A DNA stretch of 62,934 nucleotides, the filler included. It is 6 parts of 6 records of this genome, joined end to end, with 100 filler letters (N's around TTAATTAATTAA, not from the genome) between each part and the next. Parts side by side here need not be neighbours in the genome. Positions count along the whole stretch, not along the records: positions 1 to 9,889 come from SRR31156797_10853; positions 9,990 to 19,885 come from SRR31156797_10869; 4 more parts are not named here. One strand, written 5' to 3'. Below are positions 1-10,091 of this stretch, piece by piece. How positions within the stretch are numbered: the first letter of the stretch is position 1; each line of letters opens with the position of its first letter. A model generated the notes under the pieces. It was not told the DNA's origin and ran no database searches. It was given only the letters and a program-made list of their open reading frames with translations. Both the position numbers and the translations under genes were made by a program.

Positions 1-68
1 GGTTGCCGCAGTTTGCCGCGCAGGCAAGGTTTAAATTAATTAAAACAAATTTGAGGAGGACAATATTA

Positions 69-1409
69 ATGAAAAAATTTCAAGTAGCATATATACCAGT
101 AGGAGTACCTACATTCCACTTAGAGAGTGCAAATGACCAGTTTAACAAATCTGTAGAGATGATTAAATCACTTACTGATAACGGGGTTTATCCTGATGGA
201 CCACTTTTATCAATTGATGATTTAAAAGCATTTTTAGATGGAATTAATCCTGATTTAGTAATATTCCAAAACAATACTTTCGCTAACTCAGCAGCAATGA
301 ATGAAGTTGTGAAAGCATTTGATGCTCCAATCTTACTTTGGACTTTAAGAGAGCCTGTAATTGATGGTGGAAGGCTAAGACTTAACTCACTTACTGGTGC
401 TTACTCAGCAGGAAATCTAATGACTCATATGGGTAGAGAAAACTTCGAATATATCTTTGGAGCACCTGGAGAGGATAAAGTTATTTCAAAAGTTGGTAAA
501 TTTATTAAAGCCGGAGAAGTTAAAAAATCACTTGCTAACTTAAATGTTGCAGCTATTGGTATGACTCCTCAAGGATTTGGATTCGGTAGAGCCTTAGATG
601 CTGAAGTGACTAGAGCATTTGGTGCTAATTTAGAATCAATTGAAGCTAGAGAATTAATGATGAAAGCAAAATCATATAAAGAAGAAGATTACGCAGATGT
701 ATTAGCTGAATCAAGAGAAAAAATGGTTGGGTTAGATAAGTTATCAGCTGAAAATGTTGATGCATATGCTAGATTATATAAAGCTTATAAAGAGTTTATT
801 GAAACTAAAAAAATCGGAGCAGTTGCTTCTAGATGTTGGCCTGATTTCTTTACTGAGTATGGAACACCTGTATGTGGAGTACTTGGTATGTTAAACGAGA
901 ACTTAGTAGCGGCAGCTTGTGAGTCTGACTTATTCGGTGCTTTATCAATGTTTATCGGTATTGAACTAACTGGAGAACCTACTTTCTTCGGAGATCCTGT
1001 ATCAATGAATGAAGAGGAATCAACAGTTACTTTCTGGCATTGTGGAACAGCAGCTTGTTCATTAGCTAGAAAAGATAAAGGTGCTGAAATGGGAGTTCAT
1101 CCTAACAGAAAAATCGGACCTACTATGGAATTCGGTTGTAGACCAGCTGAAAATGTAACTGTATTTAGAATTGGTAGAAACCCTGATGGAACATTCAGAT
1201 TCTTTATAGGTAAAGGAGAAGCTTTAGATGCTCCTAAACAGTTCTGTGGAACTTCAGTTGTTGTTAAGACAGAAAATGACGCAGAAGCGTTTGTAATGAA
1301 CAGTGTAAAAGATGGATGGGAACCACATTTTGCAGTAGTTTATGGAGAAGTAGCAGAAGAGTTAGAAATATTAGCTAACTTACTTGGAATGGAAGTTTGT
1401 AAATACTAA
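69..1409 (+). CDS. L-fucose/L-arabinose isomerase family protein
   Basis: GAGGAGG RBS before ATG 69; motifs CWP, ACESD, WHCG and C-terminal EPH resemble FucI-like isomerases. Confidence 0.75.
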   Translation: MKKFQVAYIPVGVPTFHLESANDQFNKSVEMIKSLTDNGVYPDGPLLSIDDLKAFLDGINPDLVIFQNNTFANSAAMNEVVKAFDAPILLWTLREPVIDGGRLRLNSLTGAYSAGNLMTHMGRENFEYIFGAPGEDKVISKVGKFIKAGEVKKSLANLNVAAIGMTPQGFGFGRALDAEVTRAFGANLESIEARELMMKAKSYKEEDYADVLAESREKMVGLDKLSAENVDAYARLYKAYKEFIETKKIGAVASRCWPDFFTEYGTPVCGVLGMLNENLVAAACESDLFGALSMFIGIELTGEPTFFGDPVSMNEEESTVTFWHCGTAACSLARKDKGAEMGVHPNRKIGPTMEFGCRPAENVTVFRIGRNPDGTFRFFIGKGEALDAPKQFCGTSVVVKTENDAEAFVMNSVKDGWEPHFAVVYGEVAEELEILANLLGMEVCKY

Positions 1410-1464
1410 ATAGAAATTAAATAGTGTGTGTAGTGTAAGTGTCTCTTGGGTAGATATAATAGAG

Positions 1465-1500
1465 AAGAGCACTGATTACTAGGAATCAGTGCTCTTTATT
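1465..1500. terminator. Intrinsic terminator between convergent genes
   Basis: AAGAGCACTGATT/AATCAGTGCTCTT 13-bp inverted repeat. Confidence 0.75.
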
Positions 1501-1546
1501 AGACTTAAATTTTTCAGATATTGTTAGTTCACTATAAAATGGTAAT

Positions 1547-2716
1547 TTAAATTATAGTTCCACCGGTTTTGTAGAAAGTATTTTTGATAGCTAAATAAAC
1601 TCCTCCAAGATCTTTAGGGAAGAACTTATCCTTGCTTAATTCTAGTTTTCTGAGATCAAAACTTTTATCATAATTCATTAGTTTAGTTTTTATGTATTCC
1701 ATAAAAATAGAATTGTTAAACATTTCACCATATAATATTATTTTTTCAAAGTCATTAACTGTTAGAAAATTAATGAAAGTTTTGGCAAGCATATCAGAGA
1801 TGTTATCTATCTCCCGCATTGCAAACTCTTCCTCTAATCTAATACTATCCATAACATCATTCATGGTAAGTGTAATATTTTTCGCGACTTTTTTGTTAAA
1901 AAGTGAGTCCGGATAATTTTTTGATGCATTTTTAACTCTTTCAACTACTTTATCGAAATCAACATAATTTTCAAGACAGCCTCTTTTGCCACATTCTTTG
2001 CAAGCTTCATCATCATCAGAAACTATAACATGTCCGATCTCGCCGGCATAATGGTTACTTCCATACAGTACTTCTTTATTATATACAATAGAACTACCTA
2101 TTCCGGGACCATATTTGACAAAAAAGAAATACTCTAAATTTTTGTTAAAAAACATTTCACTAATTGCAAGTGCTCTTACATTATTATCGATAACTACTTT
2201 TTTATTAAATCTATTGCTTAAGTAATCAACTATTTTTATCTCTTTATCTTTTATTCTAATAATTCCCTCTTCAGGATCAACGAATCCGTACATACCTATT
2301 CCGAATCCGCAAACGTGATTCATATCAACTTTGACTTCTTTAAGTGTAGTTTCTATGATATTACAGAATTTATCAAGCTGATTTTCATCTCTAAATTTTT
2401 CAAGCTCAATTAGTTTAATTAAATCTCCCTTTATATTAGAAACAGCGATTAAAGTTTCGTGTTTTTCAAAGTTTATCCCTACAACGTATCTTGTATCATA
2501 ACTTATATCTAATAGAATTTTTTTCCTGCCTACACGATTTTCGTTCACTTCGCCTACTTGAAAAATAATCCCTTCATTTAACATATCAGTTGTAATCAGA
2601 GTAAGTGCTGCTTGTGTTAATTTCATTTTTTCAGAAAGATCTTTTCTGGACATTGCTCCAAATCTTTCTAGTATCTCAAGAATAAGTTGTCTGTTTCTAT
2701 TCTTGATATTTTCCAT
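1547..2716 (-). CDS. ROK family transcriptional regulator
   Basis: N-terminal HTH (SRKDLS..LTQAALT), GRK motif, GEIGH and CxxCGxxGCLE; start could be 2737. Confidence 0.9.
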   Translation of the reverse strand: MENIKNRNRQLILEILERFGAMSRKDLSEKMKLTQAALTLITTDMLNEGIIFQVGEVNENRVGRKKILLDISYDTRYVVGINFEKHETLIAVSNIKGDLIKLIELEKFRDENQLDKFCNIIETTLKEVKVDMNHVCGFGIGMYGFVDPEEGIIRIKDKEIKIVDYLSNRFNKKVVIDNNVRALAISEMFFNKNLEYFFFVKYGPGIGSSIVYNKEVLYGSNHYAGEIGHVIVSDDDEACKECGKRGCLENYVDFDKVVERVKNASKNYPDSLFNKKVAKNITLTMNDVMDSIRLEEEFAMREIDNISDMLAKTFINFLTVNDFEKIILYGEMFNNSIFMEYIKTKLMNYDKSFDLRKLELSKDKFFPKDLGGVYLAIKNTFYKTGGTII

Positions 2717-3001
2717 GTTTAATCCTTTTTTTCTCATTTTACCACGCTCTCTCTTTAATTAATTAAGAATTTCGTTTAAAACATAATAAATAAAAGCTTA
2801 GAAATTCTTTGTTTATTTCTGCATGAATTAAAATTTCTTTAGAATTCTGATATAACATAGGGGAAAAAACAAGCTGATATAATTACCAGTTACATCAGCT
2901 TTGTTATTGAGATTAGCATTTTATTATCTTCTAAATAGATATAGTTTTTTACTTCTAACTCTAATAATAAAATAGTAAAATCAATTTAGATATGAAAAAA
3001 C

Positions 3002-4090
3002 TTATTTATTAATTACATATACAGTTGGTATATGTAATGTTTGATTATTTATTTCAAAGGAAATATATTCATAATTTCCTGTATATGTCATTACATCCAG
3101 ACCATCATTTGTTATTAGAACGGTATCCTCACACTTTGAGCCTTGTATAGTAGGATTAAATGCATAAACTTCATTCTCTCTGACTATGTGAGAACAACCT
3201 ATGTTTGCTTTTATTTCCCTTGCCATAAAGCCTGTGAGCCCGCCCTGATGGTGTTTCTTATATTCAAGAGGATATTTCTGCTCTTCGTATTCTGAAACTC
3301 CTCTGTTGAATATATACTCAAGAGAATTACCAACTTTTAATTCACTTAAGTATGCTGCGTTTACTTTAGCGCATTTATAATGTTTCTCTACCATTTTTTC
3401 ATTATTATTAATAAGAACATTTCTGGTAAGTGAAGTAATTAATCCGTTTCTTCTGCCACATACACCTACCATAGCATAATTTTTTAGCTTGTTATCTGTC
3501 ATAACCGGGTGCCTGTATTGAAGTGCTCTTTCGTCAAAGGCTATTAAAATAGTAATAGGCTCTATGTTTGCACTCCAGAACTGTTTAGAGATCTCTCCTG
3601 CAAGTTCATACTCGCTTATTTCTTGTTTTAAATTTTTACAGATATTTTCCAAAATAACAGCACAATCTTTGCTTAATTCTTTATAAGTAGATTTATCATA
3701 AGTAGTCATAACAGTTCTCAACTCAAAAAGTTCAGTTGCTAACTCCTCTTCGTTTGCAATTTTCAACTCTTTTGTAATATTATTTCTGATATCATTTCTG
3801 ATACTTTGTTCATCCCAAGGATAACTTAAAACTTCTATAAGAGGATTTGAGTTAAGTTGCTCCTTGTAGAGTCTCGTAGCTTCGATATTTTCTGCAAGCA
3901 GATAGACTTTATTTTGAGTAATTAAGAGGCTTCCGCAGGCCATAACTGATGCAAGTCCTATGAACTCTCTTCCTCTTGTTATAAAACTAAAATTAACTTG
4001 TGATTTAATTTCAATACCATCATAGTTTTTACTTTTTAGTATATCTCTTATGGTAGTAATTTTATATAGAAAATCCTCATCTCTTCTCAT
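3002..4090 (-). CDS. M24 (creatinase/prolidase) fold hydrolase
   Basis: EYELAG, YRHP, HHQGG, KCEDT pita-bread-fold motifs; several metal ligands absent. Confidence 0.75.
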   Translation of the reverse strand: MRRDEDFLYKITTIRDILKSKNYDGIEIKSQVNFSFITRGREFIGLASVMACGSLLITQNKVYLLAENIEATRLYKEQLNSNPLIEVLSYPWDEQSIRNDIRNNITKELKIANEEELATELFELRTVMTTYDKSTYKELSKDCAVILENICKNLKQEISEYELAGEISKQFWSANIEPITILIAFDERALQYRHPVMTDNKLKNYAMVGVCGRRNGLITSLTRNVLINNNEKMVEKHYKCAKVNAAYLSELKVGNSLEYIFNRGVSEYEEQKYPLEYKKHHQGGLTGFMAREIKANIGCSHIVRENEVYAFNPTIQGSKCEDTVLITNDGLDVMTYTGNYEYISFEINNQTLHIPTVYVINK

Positions 4091-4120
4091 TTTAGCCTCG
4101 TATATTCATAATTTTGATAA

Positions 4121-4167
4121 AAGCTTTGCATGATATTTTTATTAAGAAAAATAATCATGCAAAGCTT
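4121..4167 (-). terminator. Intergenic stem-loop downstream of tctA
   Basis: AAGCTTTGCATGAT/ATCATGCAAAGCTT inverted repeat. Confidence 0.6.
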
Positions 4168-4254
4168 AAATTAGTTTTTTATTTATGTACCAATACAATA
4201 AAATGTTTCTTTTAAAAAATTAATTCATTTATTCAGATATTGGAGTGTTAAATA

Positions 4255-5781
4255 CTATGCTTCGTCTAGTCCTAAGTCATGTTCCATTGTTTTTTCCATT
4301 TCAGCAACTCTTTGATTAACTTTAATAAATGAGTAAGTAAGAATTACTGCTAATATTAGAATTGTTAAAGACATTGGTTTTTTGAAGAAAATTAATAAAT
4401 CATTATCATAAATAGTCATACTGTTTACGAAATTCTTTTCAACAATAGGAGCAAGGATCATTCCCAGCATAATTGGTATTACAGATATATCAAGTTTAAC
4501 TAAGATATATGTAATGCAAAATACTGCCATCATTAGGATTACTTCGTATAATGATCCGTTTGCTGCATAAGCACCGGCGAAACAAAACGCTGTAATGATT
4601 GGCCCCAGATAACTGTATCTAACCTGTACAATTTTTGCAACTTGTCTTGTAAATGCTAAAGCAACAAAGTATAACAAGAAGTTAGCGATAACAACACCAA
4701 AGATGATAGCATAAGCTTCAGTAGCCTGATTAGTAAACATTGTTGGACCAGGTACGATACCATGTAGGATGAATGCTCCAAGTAAAAGTGCTGTAACTCC
4801 ATCTCCAGGAATTCCAAGTGTTAATAATGGAATAAGAGCTGTTCCAACAACAGTATTATTACTTGCTTCAGCAGCAGCGATTCCTTCTAAACTTCCTTTA
4901 CCGAACATTTCAGGATGTTTAGAACCACGTTTAGCTTCATTGTAGCAAAGGAATTGAGAAACTCCTCCACCAACACCTGGCATAACACCGATAAGTGATG
5001 AAATTCCAACTGATTTTAAGATAGCAGGTATAAGAGATTTTCTCTCTTTCATTGTTATACCTTCACTATCGATTTTAGCCATATCTCCAAGATCCCCGCC
5101 GGCATTAATATAATCTTTCGATTTACCCATTACCTGAATAAGCGCGATCATAGCGATCATAGCTGGCATGATAGTTAATCCTTGGTATAAAAGCATAGTA
5201 TCAAATGAGAATCTGTTAACACCTGTTACAGTATCTATTCCAATAATTGAGATAAAGATTCCGATTAATCCACCAATAATACCTTTTAACATACTGTCTC
5301 CACTAACACCTGCAATAAGTGATAGTCCTAAAACAGCTAGTGCAAAATATTCCGTTGATGTAAAAACAGCAACTAGTTTTGCAATTGGCCCTGATGTGAA
5401 TAAAAGTAAAGTTGCACCGATGATTCCTCCTAAAACCGAAGCATAAAGAGAAACATCAAGAGCTTTTTTAACTTTTCCTTTTTTAGCAAGTGGATGCCCG
5501 TCAAAACATGTTACAATTGCGGCATTTGTTCCCGGTGTATTTAGTAGAATAGCTGAGATAGACCCACCATACATTCCACCAACGTATACTGCAAGTAAAG
5601 CGATGATTGCAGTAGCACCATTACTAAATGAATAAGTAAGTGGCAATAATAAAATAATTCCAAGTGATACAGTAAGTCCAGGAATACATCCAACAATCAT
5701 TCCCAGAATTAATGAACCTAGCATAATAAATAAATTACTAATAGATAAAACTTCCATTAAACCTTTAAATACAAATTCCAT
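4255..5781 (-). CDS. tctA: Tripartite tricarboxylate transporter large permease TctA
   Basis: GGMYGGSISAILLNTPGT and EASNN..G..IPLLTLGIPG signatures; many TM helices. Confidence 0.93.
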   Translation of the reverse strand: MEFVFKGLMEVLSISNLFIMLGSLILGMIVGCIPGLTVSLGIILLLPLTYSFSNGATAIIALLAVYVGGMYGGSISAILLNTPGTNAAIVTCFDGHPLAKKGKVKKALDVSLYASVLGGIIGATLLLFTSGPIAKLVAVFTSTEYFALAVLGLSLIAGVSGDSMLKGIIGGLIGIFISIIGIDTVTGVNRFSFDTMLLYQGLTIMPAMIAMIALIQVMGKSKDYINAGGDLGDMAKIDSEGITMKERKSLIPAILKSVGISSLIGVMPGVGGGVSQFLCYNEAKRGSKHPEMFGKGSLEGIAAAEASNNTVVGTALIPLLTLGIPGDGVTALLLGAFILHGIVPGPTMFTNQATEAYAIIFGVVIANFLLYFVALAFTRQVAKIVQVRYSYLGPIITAFCFAGAYAANGSLYEVILMMAVFCITYILVKLDISVIPIMLGMILAPIVEKNFVNSMTIYDNDLLIFFKKPMSLTILILAVILTYSFIKVNQRVAEMEKTMEHDLGLDEA

Positions 5782-6243
5782 TTAGAAACCTCCTATTCCG
5801 ATTGCAGGCAGAGAAATTTTGAATACATTGATGAATAGAAAATAAACACCAAATCCTGCAACTACTGTAAATATGTAAATAAATGGCTTTCTTTCGCCAA
5901 GTAAAAACAGCATAAGAGGTAACGCAACAACTACACCTGCTACGAATCCAACTTTTAACATAAGAATACCAAATAATAACATTGTGCCTATGATTGTAAA
6001 TGCAGCTTTTTCTTCACCAAAATTAAATTCTACAACTTTCTCTTTTTTAAGAACTAAACTTTGAAAAACTAAAAGTACTGCACTAATAAATATTCCACTT
6101 AACGTAATGTAAGGAATAATACGTGGACTTGGTCCTCCGTTATCAAATGTAGGTATTGCTACCTGATTTGTAACTTGTGATAAAAGAAAACCAGATAATA
6201 CTCCAAAGATTATACCGGTTGCCAAATTAGTACGAATTTTCAT
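5782..6243 (-). CDS. tctB: TctB small permease
   Basis: About 4 TM, 153 aa, PR..P motif, abuts tctA. Confidence 0.85.
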   Translation of the reverse strand: MKIRTNLATGIIFGVLSGFLLSQVTNQVAIPTFDNGGPSPRIIPYITLSGIFISAVLLVFQSLVLKKEKVVEFNFGEEKAAFTIIGTMLLFGILMLKVGFVAGVVVALPLMLFLLGERKPFIYIFTVVAGFGVYFLFINVFKISLPAIGIGGF

Positions 6244-6355
6244 TTTTTAACACCCTCCAAATTATCTGAAAAATTTTGGATAAATATTCATTTATCTCTT
6301 CACTCTTAAAGTCTAATCTAATTTATTTTATATGTAAAGATACTTATTAAGAAAA

Positions 6356-6390
6356 TTACATCAGTTTATAACAGGTATAAACTGATGTAA
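6356..6390 (-). terminator. Stem-loop between tctC and tctB (mRNA stabiliser or partial terminator)
   Basis: Perfect 15-bp inverted repeat TTACATCAGTTTATA/TATAAACTGATGTAA. Confidence 0.65.
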
Positions 6391-6428
6391 GATTTTTTAA
6401 AATATAACTTAATTAATTATATGATTAA

Positions 6429-7448
6429 TTAGTTTTTTCCACTTAACATTTCGAACGCTTTAACTGATTTAGCAACAACTGCGTTTAATTGTGCTTGAGC
6501 ATCGTCACCGTAAGCTTCATATCTGTTAAGACCGATCTCAACAATCCACTCATGGAACTCAGGTGCATTCCATACAGCTTTGATAACTTCTTGCATTTTT
6601 TCTTCAGTTTCTTTAGGCATACCAGTTCTACCAGCGATGAATCCTCCACCAGGTAAGATTGCAGCTGAGTAATCTTTAGATGTACTTAAACCAGCAGGTC
6701 TGTTGTTAATTAATCCAGGAACTTTAACACCAGGGAATCCAGTGTATCCGTCTGGAGAAAACGCGAATAATGGTTCTAAGATTCCAGCTTCAACTTCTTG
6801 TTTTCCAGCTTGTGATGATCCAACGAATACATCAACTTCTCCTGAAGTAAGACCTTGTTTTTGTTGCGCTCCACCTTCGTAAGGTACAACTCTAACTTTT
6901 CCACCTTCGATTGCCATGAAAGTACCAAGAGTTAAATGTGGATCAGATAAAGGTGATCCTCCTGACATTTTTAATTTTCCAGCTTTTGCTTTAGCAATTA
7001 AGTCTTGAACAGTTGTTCCAGGCTTAACATAAACGATCCAAGTTCTATCATCAACAGCTCCGATAGGTCTCATTCTCTCTAAATCGTAAGGAACTGGTTC
7101 TGTTCCATATTTTTTACCTAATTCATGTCTAGTTGCATTTCCGTATCCTAATAACATGAACTCCATTTTCTTAGGATCAACGTTTTGATAATATGCAGTT
7201 GCTGTAAATCCATCTCCACCAGTTTTGTTTTCTACAACAAACTCATATTCTGGATATAATTCAGTTGCAACTTTTCCAAATTTTCTTGCGATTGCATCTG
7301 CTGTTCCACCAGCTCCATAAGGACAAATAATTTTTACCACTTCTTTTTTAGCCTTTTTCTTTTTACCAAATCCAAATAACGCGAACGATTCAGTAGTCAT
7401 AACTACTCCAAATAATGCCAACAAAAATACTAAACTAAGTTTTCTCAT
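6429..7448 (-). CDS. tctC: TctC/Bug family substrate-binding protein
   Basis: PYGAGGTADAIAR, VENKTGG, VPYEGG motifs; signal peptide. Confidence 0.9.
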   Translation of the reverse strand: MRKLSLVFLLALFGVVMTTESFALFGFGKKKKAKKEVVKIICPYGAGGTADAIARKFGKVATELYPEYEFVVENKTGGDGFTATAYYQNVDPKKMEFMLLGYGNATRHELGKKYGTEPVPYDLERMRPIGAVDDRTWIVYVKPGTTVQDLIAKAKAGKLKMSGGSPLSDPHLTLGTFMAIEGGKVRVVPYEGGAQQKQGLTSGEVDVFVGSSQAGKQEVEAGILEPLFAFSPDGYTGFPGVKVPGLINNRPAGLSTSKDYSAAILPGGGFIAGRTGMPKETEEKMQEVIKAVWNAPEFHEWIVEIGLNRYEAYGDDAQAQLNAVVAKSVKAFEMLSGKN

Positions 7449-7611
7449 ATTGCCTTCCATCCTTTCAAATATTATATTTTATTAACGGCGAAATGCCCTT
7501 AATGATAAATTAAAAATTTTTAACTGTGATATAGATTGTTAAGGATCTATTTTTGACTTTAAAACTCTGCTAAAAATTATTTAATTAAATCAATTAATCA
7601 TTTCTGGTTTG

Positions 7612-7640
7612 AGTATACTCCTTTTTTTTGATAATGTCAA
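7612..7640 (-). promoter_or_regulatory. Sigma70 promoter of tctCBA
   Basis: TTGACA-17 nt-TATACT on minus strand. Confidence 0.7.
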
Positions 7641-8060
7641 GAATCTTGACAAAAAATTTTTTTTTCAAACAAAAAACTATATTAATATACAAAAAAAGCT
7701 TGAAAATCCTACAATTTAAGTAAAGGGCATAATTCATATAAAATATTAATAATAAAAAAAGTTTTAATTATTTTTAATTAATTTACTGCAGAAAATAAAT
7801 TGCTTAGAAAAAACTCTTTTATTTTTATCTCGTATATATAATAAGGAAGTAATCAAATTTAGTGAAAGTTTAATAATTAAATCAAATTTGAAAAAAAATT
7901 GCACATAATTAATAATAATACAAGAGTTTTTAGAAATCAAAAATAAAACTAATTATTCACAAGAGAGTATAGTTTTCCTTGATTTTTTTTGGAAAATAAC
8001 ATAAAATTAAGATGGAGTTATGATAAGTTATTCTAAAAAATTGATTGGGGGAATGTTTTA

Positions 8061-9779
8061 ATGGATTACAAACAAAAATATGAAGAGTGGTTAAATTCAT
8101 CGTTTATTGACGAAGCCGATAAAGAAGACCTTAAAGCAATTGCAAATGATGAAAAAGAACAAGAAGAAAGATTTTATACTGACCTTGCATTTGGTACAGG
8201 TGGTATGAGAGGAATCAGAGGAATTGGAACTAACAGAGTTAACAAATACATGATTAGAAAAGCAACTCAAGGTTTAGCTGACTACATGTTATCAGTTGAT
8301 GCTGAAGCTGCTAAATCAAAAGGTGTTGCAATTGCATACGACTGTAGAATAGGGTCTACTGAGTATTCGTTAAACGCCGCTCTTGTATTAGCTGCCAATG
8401 GAATTAAAGTATACTTATTTGAATCACTAAGATCAACACCTGAATTATCATTCGCAGTAAGAGAATTAGGTTGTTTAGCTGGAATAGTTGTAACAGCATC
8501 ACATAATCCTGTTGAATGGAACGGATATAAAGTTTACTGGGAAGATGGAGCGCAAATTGTTGAACCTCACGCAAGTGGAGTAGTTAACGCAGTTAACGAA
8601 GTTAAAGATTTATCAACAATTAAATTAATGGATGAAGCAGCAGCTAAAGAAGCTGGACTTCTTACTATTATTGGAGAAAAAGTTGATAACGCTTATATTG
8701 AAACTATCAAAAAAGAAGTAATCAATTCAGAAATTGAAGGAAAAGCAGATTACAAAATCGTTTATACTCCTCTACACGGAACTGGTAGAAGACCTGTTCA
8801 AAGAGTATTAAAAGAAGTTGGATTTGAAAATGTATACACTGTAGCATCTCAGGAAGAACCGGACGGAACTTTCGCAACAGTTGGATATGCTAACCCTGAA
8901 GATCCTTCAGTGTTTAAATTAGGAATAGACTTAGCAGAAGAAAAAGGTGCAGAGATAGTAATGGCAAACGATCCGGATGCTGATAGAATCGGAATCGCTG
9001 TTAAGGATGAAGATGGAGAATGGATTTATCCAAACGGAAACCAAGTAGGATTATTACTTATTGAATATATCTTAGAATATAGAAAAGATATTCCTGCAAA
9101 CGGAAAAGTTATTACAACAGTAGTATCAACTCCTATGGTTGATGTTTTATGTAAAGCTCATAATAGAGAAGTTCTTAAAACTCTTACTGGATTCAAATTT
9201 ATCGGAGAAAAAATGAGACAATTTGAAAACGGTGAGTTAGACGGAGCTTATATCTTCGGATTCGAAGAAAGTTACGGATATCTTGTTGGAACTCATGCAA
9301 GAGATAAAGATGCAGTAGTTACATCTATGATTATTGCTGAAATGGCAGCATTATACGCTTCAAAAGGAAGCTCAATTGCAGCTGAACTTAAAAAGATGTA
9401 TGAAACTCATGGATGGTACAAAGAAGGTATCGAAGCAATTACAATGAGTGGTAAAGAAGGAGCAGAAAAAATCCAAAGTATTATGGCTGGATTAAGAGAA
9501 AATACTCCAACTGAATTACTTGGACAAAAAGTAGTTGTAATGAAAGATTTCCAAGAGCAAGTTGAAGTTAATCAGGAAACTGGTGAAAAAACAGTTCTTG
9601 ATTTACCAAAATCAAATGTACTTCAATTAATCTTAGAAGATGGAACTTATATTACAGCTAGACCATCTGGAACTGAGCCAAAAATCAAATACTACTTTGG
9701 TGTAAACGCTCCGTCAGAAGATGAAGTTGATGCTAAACTTAAAAAAGCAATGAAAGAATTTGTTGAATTTTTAGGATAG
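8061..9779 (+). CDS. pgm: Phosphoglucomutase/phosphomannomutase
   Basis: FGTGGMRG, TASHNP, DPDADR, FEESYG, RPSGTEPK. Confidence 0.93.
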   Translation: MDYKQKYEEWLNSSFIDEADKEDLKAIANDEKEQEERFYTDLAFGTGGMRGIRGIGTNRVNKYMIRKATQGLADYMLSVDAEAAKSKGVAIAYDCRIGSTEYSLNAALVLAANGIKVYLFESLRSTPELSFAVRELGCLAGIVVTASHNPVEWNGYKVYWEDGAQIVEPHASGVVNAVNEVKDLSTIKLMDEAAAKEAGLLTIIGEKVDNAYIETIKKEVINSEIEGKADYKIVYTPLHGTGRRPVQRVLKEVGFENVYTVASQEEPDGTFATVGYANPEDPSVFKLGIDLAEEKGAEIVMANDPDADRIGIAVKDEDGEWIYPNGNQVGLLLIEYILEYRKDIPANGKVITTVVSTPMVDVLCKAHNREVLKTLTGFKFIGEKMRQFENGELDGAYIFGFEESYGYLVGTHARDKDAVVTSMIIAEMAALYASKGSSIAAELKKMYETHGWYKEGIEAITMSGKEGAEKIQSIMAGLRENTPTELLGQKVVVMKDFQEQVEVNQETGEKTVLDLPKSNVLQLILEDGTYITARPSGTEPKIKYYFGVNAPSEDEVDAKLKKAMKEFVEFLG

Positions 9780-9814
9780 TTATCTATTGATAAAATACAA
9801 TAATTTGTTATAAT

Positions 9815-9846
9815 AAAGACTGTACAATTTTGTACAGTCTTTTGTT
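9815..9846 (+). terminator. Intrinsic terminator
   Basis: AAAGACTGTACAA/TTGTACAGTCTTT followed by T-rich tail. Confidence 0.75.
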
Positions 9847-9872
9847 ATGCAAAGGTCTCATAAGGTTTATGT

Positions 9873-9889
9873 GTAGGGGCAATTCATGA
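9873..9889 (+). repeat. Truncated GTAG-type REP-like palindrome at contig end
   Basis: GTAGGGGCAATTCATGA is the left half plus centre of a GTAGGGGCAATTCATGAATTGCCC palindrome. Confidence 0.55.
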
Positions 9890-9989
9890 NNNNNNNNNNN
9901 NNNNNNNNNNNNNNNNNNNNNNNNNNNNNNNNNTTAATTAATTAANNNNNNNNNNNNNNNNNNNNNNNNNNNNNNNNNNNNNNNNNNNN
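9890..9989. other. Artificial contig linker
   Basis: N-run, TTAATTAATTAA (stops in six frames), N-run; 100 nt. Confidence 0.98.
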
Positions 9990-10081
9990 AAACCTTCTCT
10001 TTTTACATGTTTTTCAAATCTTTCTTTATCTTCAAGTTGTGTAATCTCTAATAACACTAATAATTCAATTTCTTCTTCCAC
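9990..10081 (-). CDS. Hypothetical protein, 3'-truncated (MEEEIELLVLLEITQLEDKERFEKHVKREG)
   Basis: AAGGA RBS then GTG; open to contig edge. Confidence 0.55.
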
Positions 10082-10091
10082 TTTTTTCCTT

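Noticed and set aside
7460-8060. ROK operator or ncRNA in the tctC-pgm intergenic region
   Set aside because: TTAATT-rich palindromes are present (e.g. 7575-7603) but cannot be distinguished from background at this AT content
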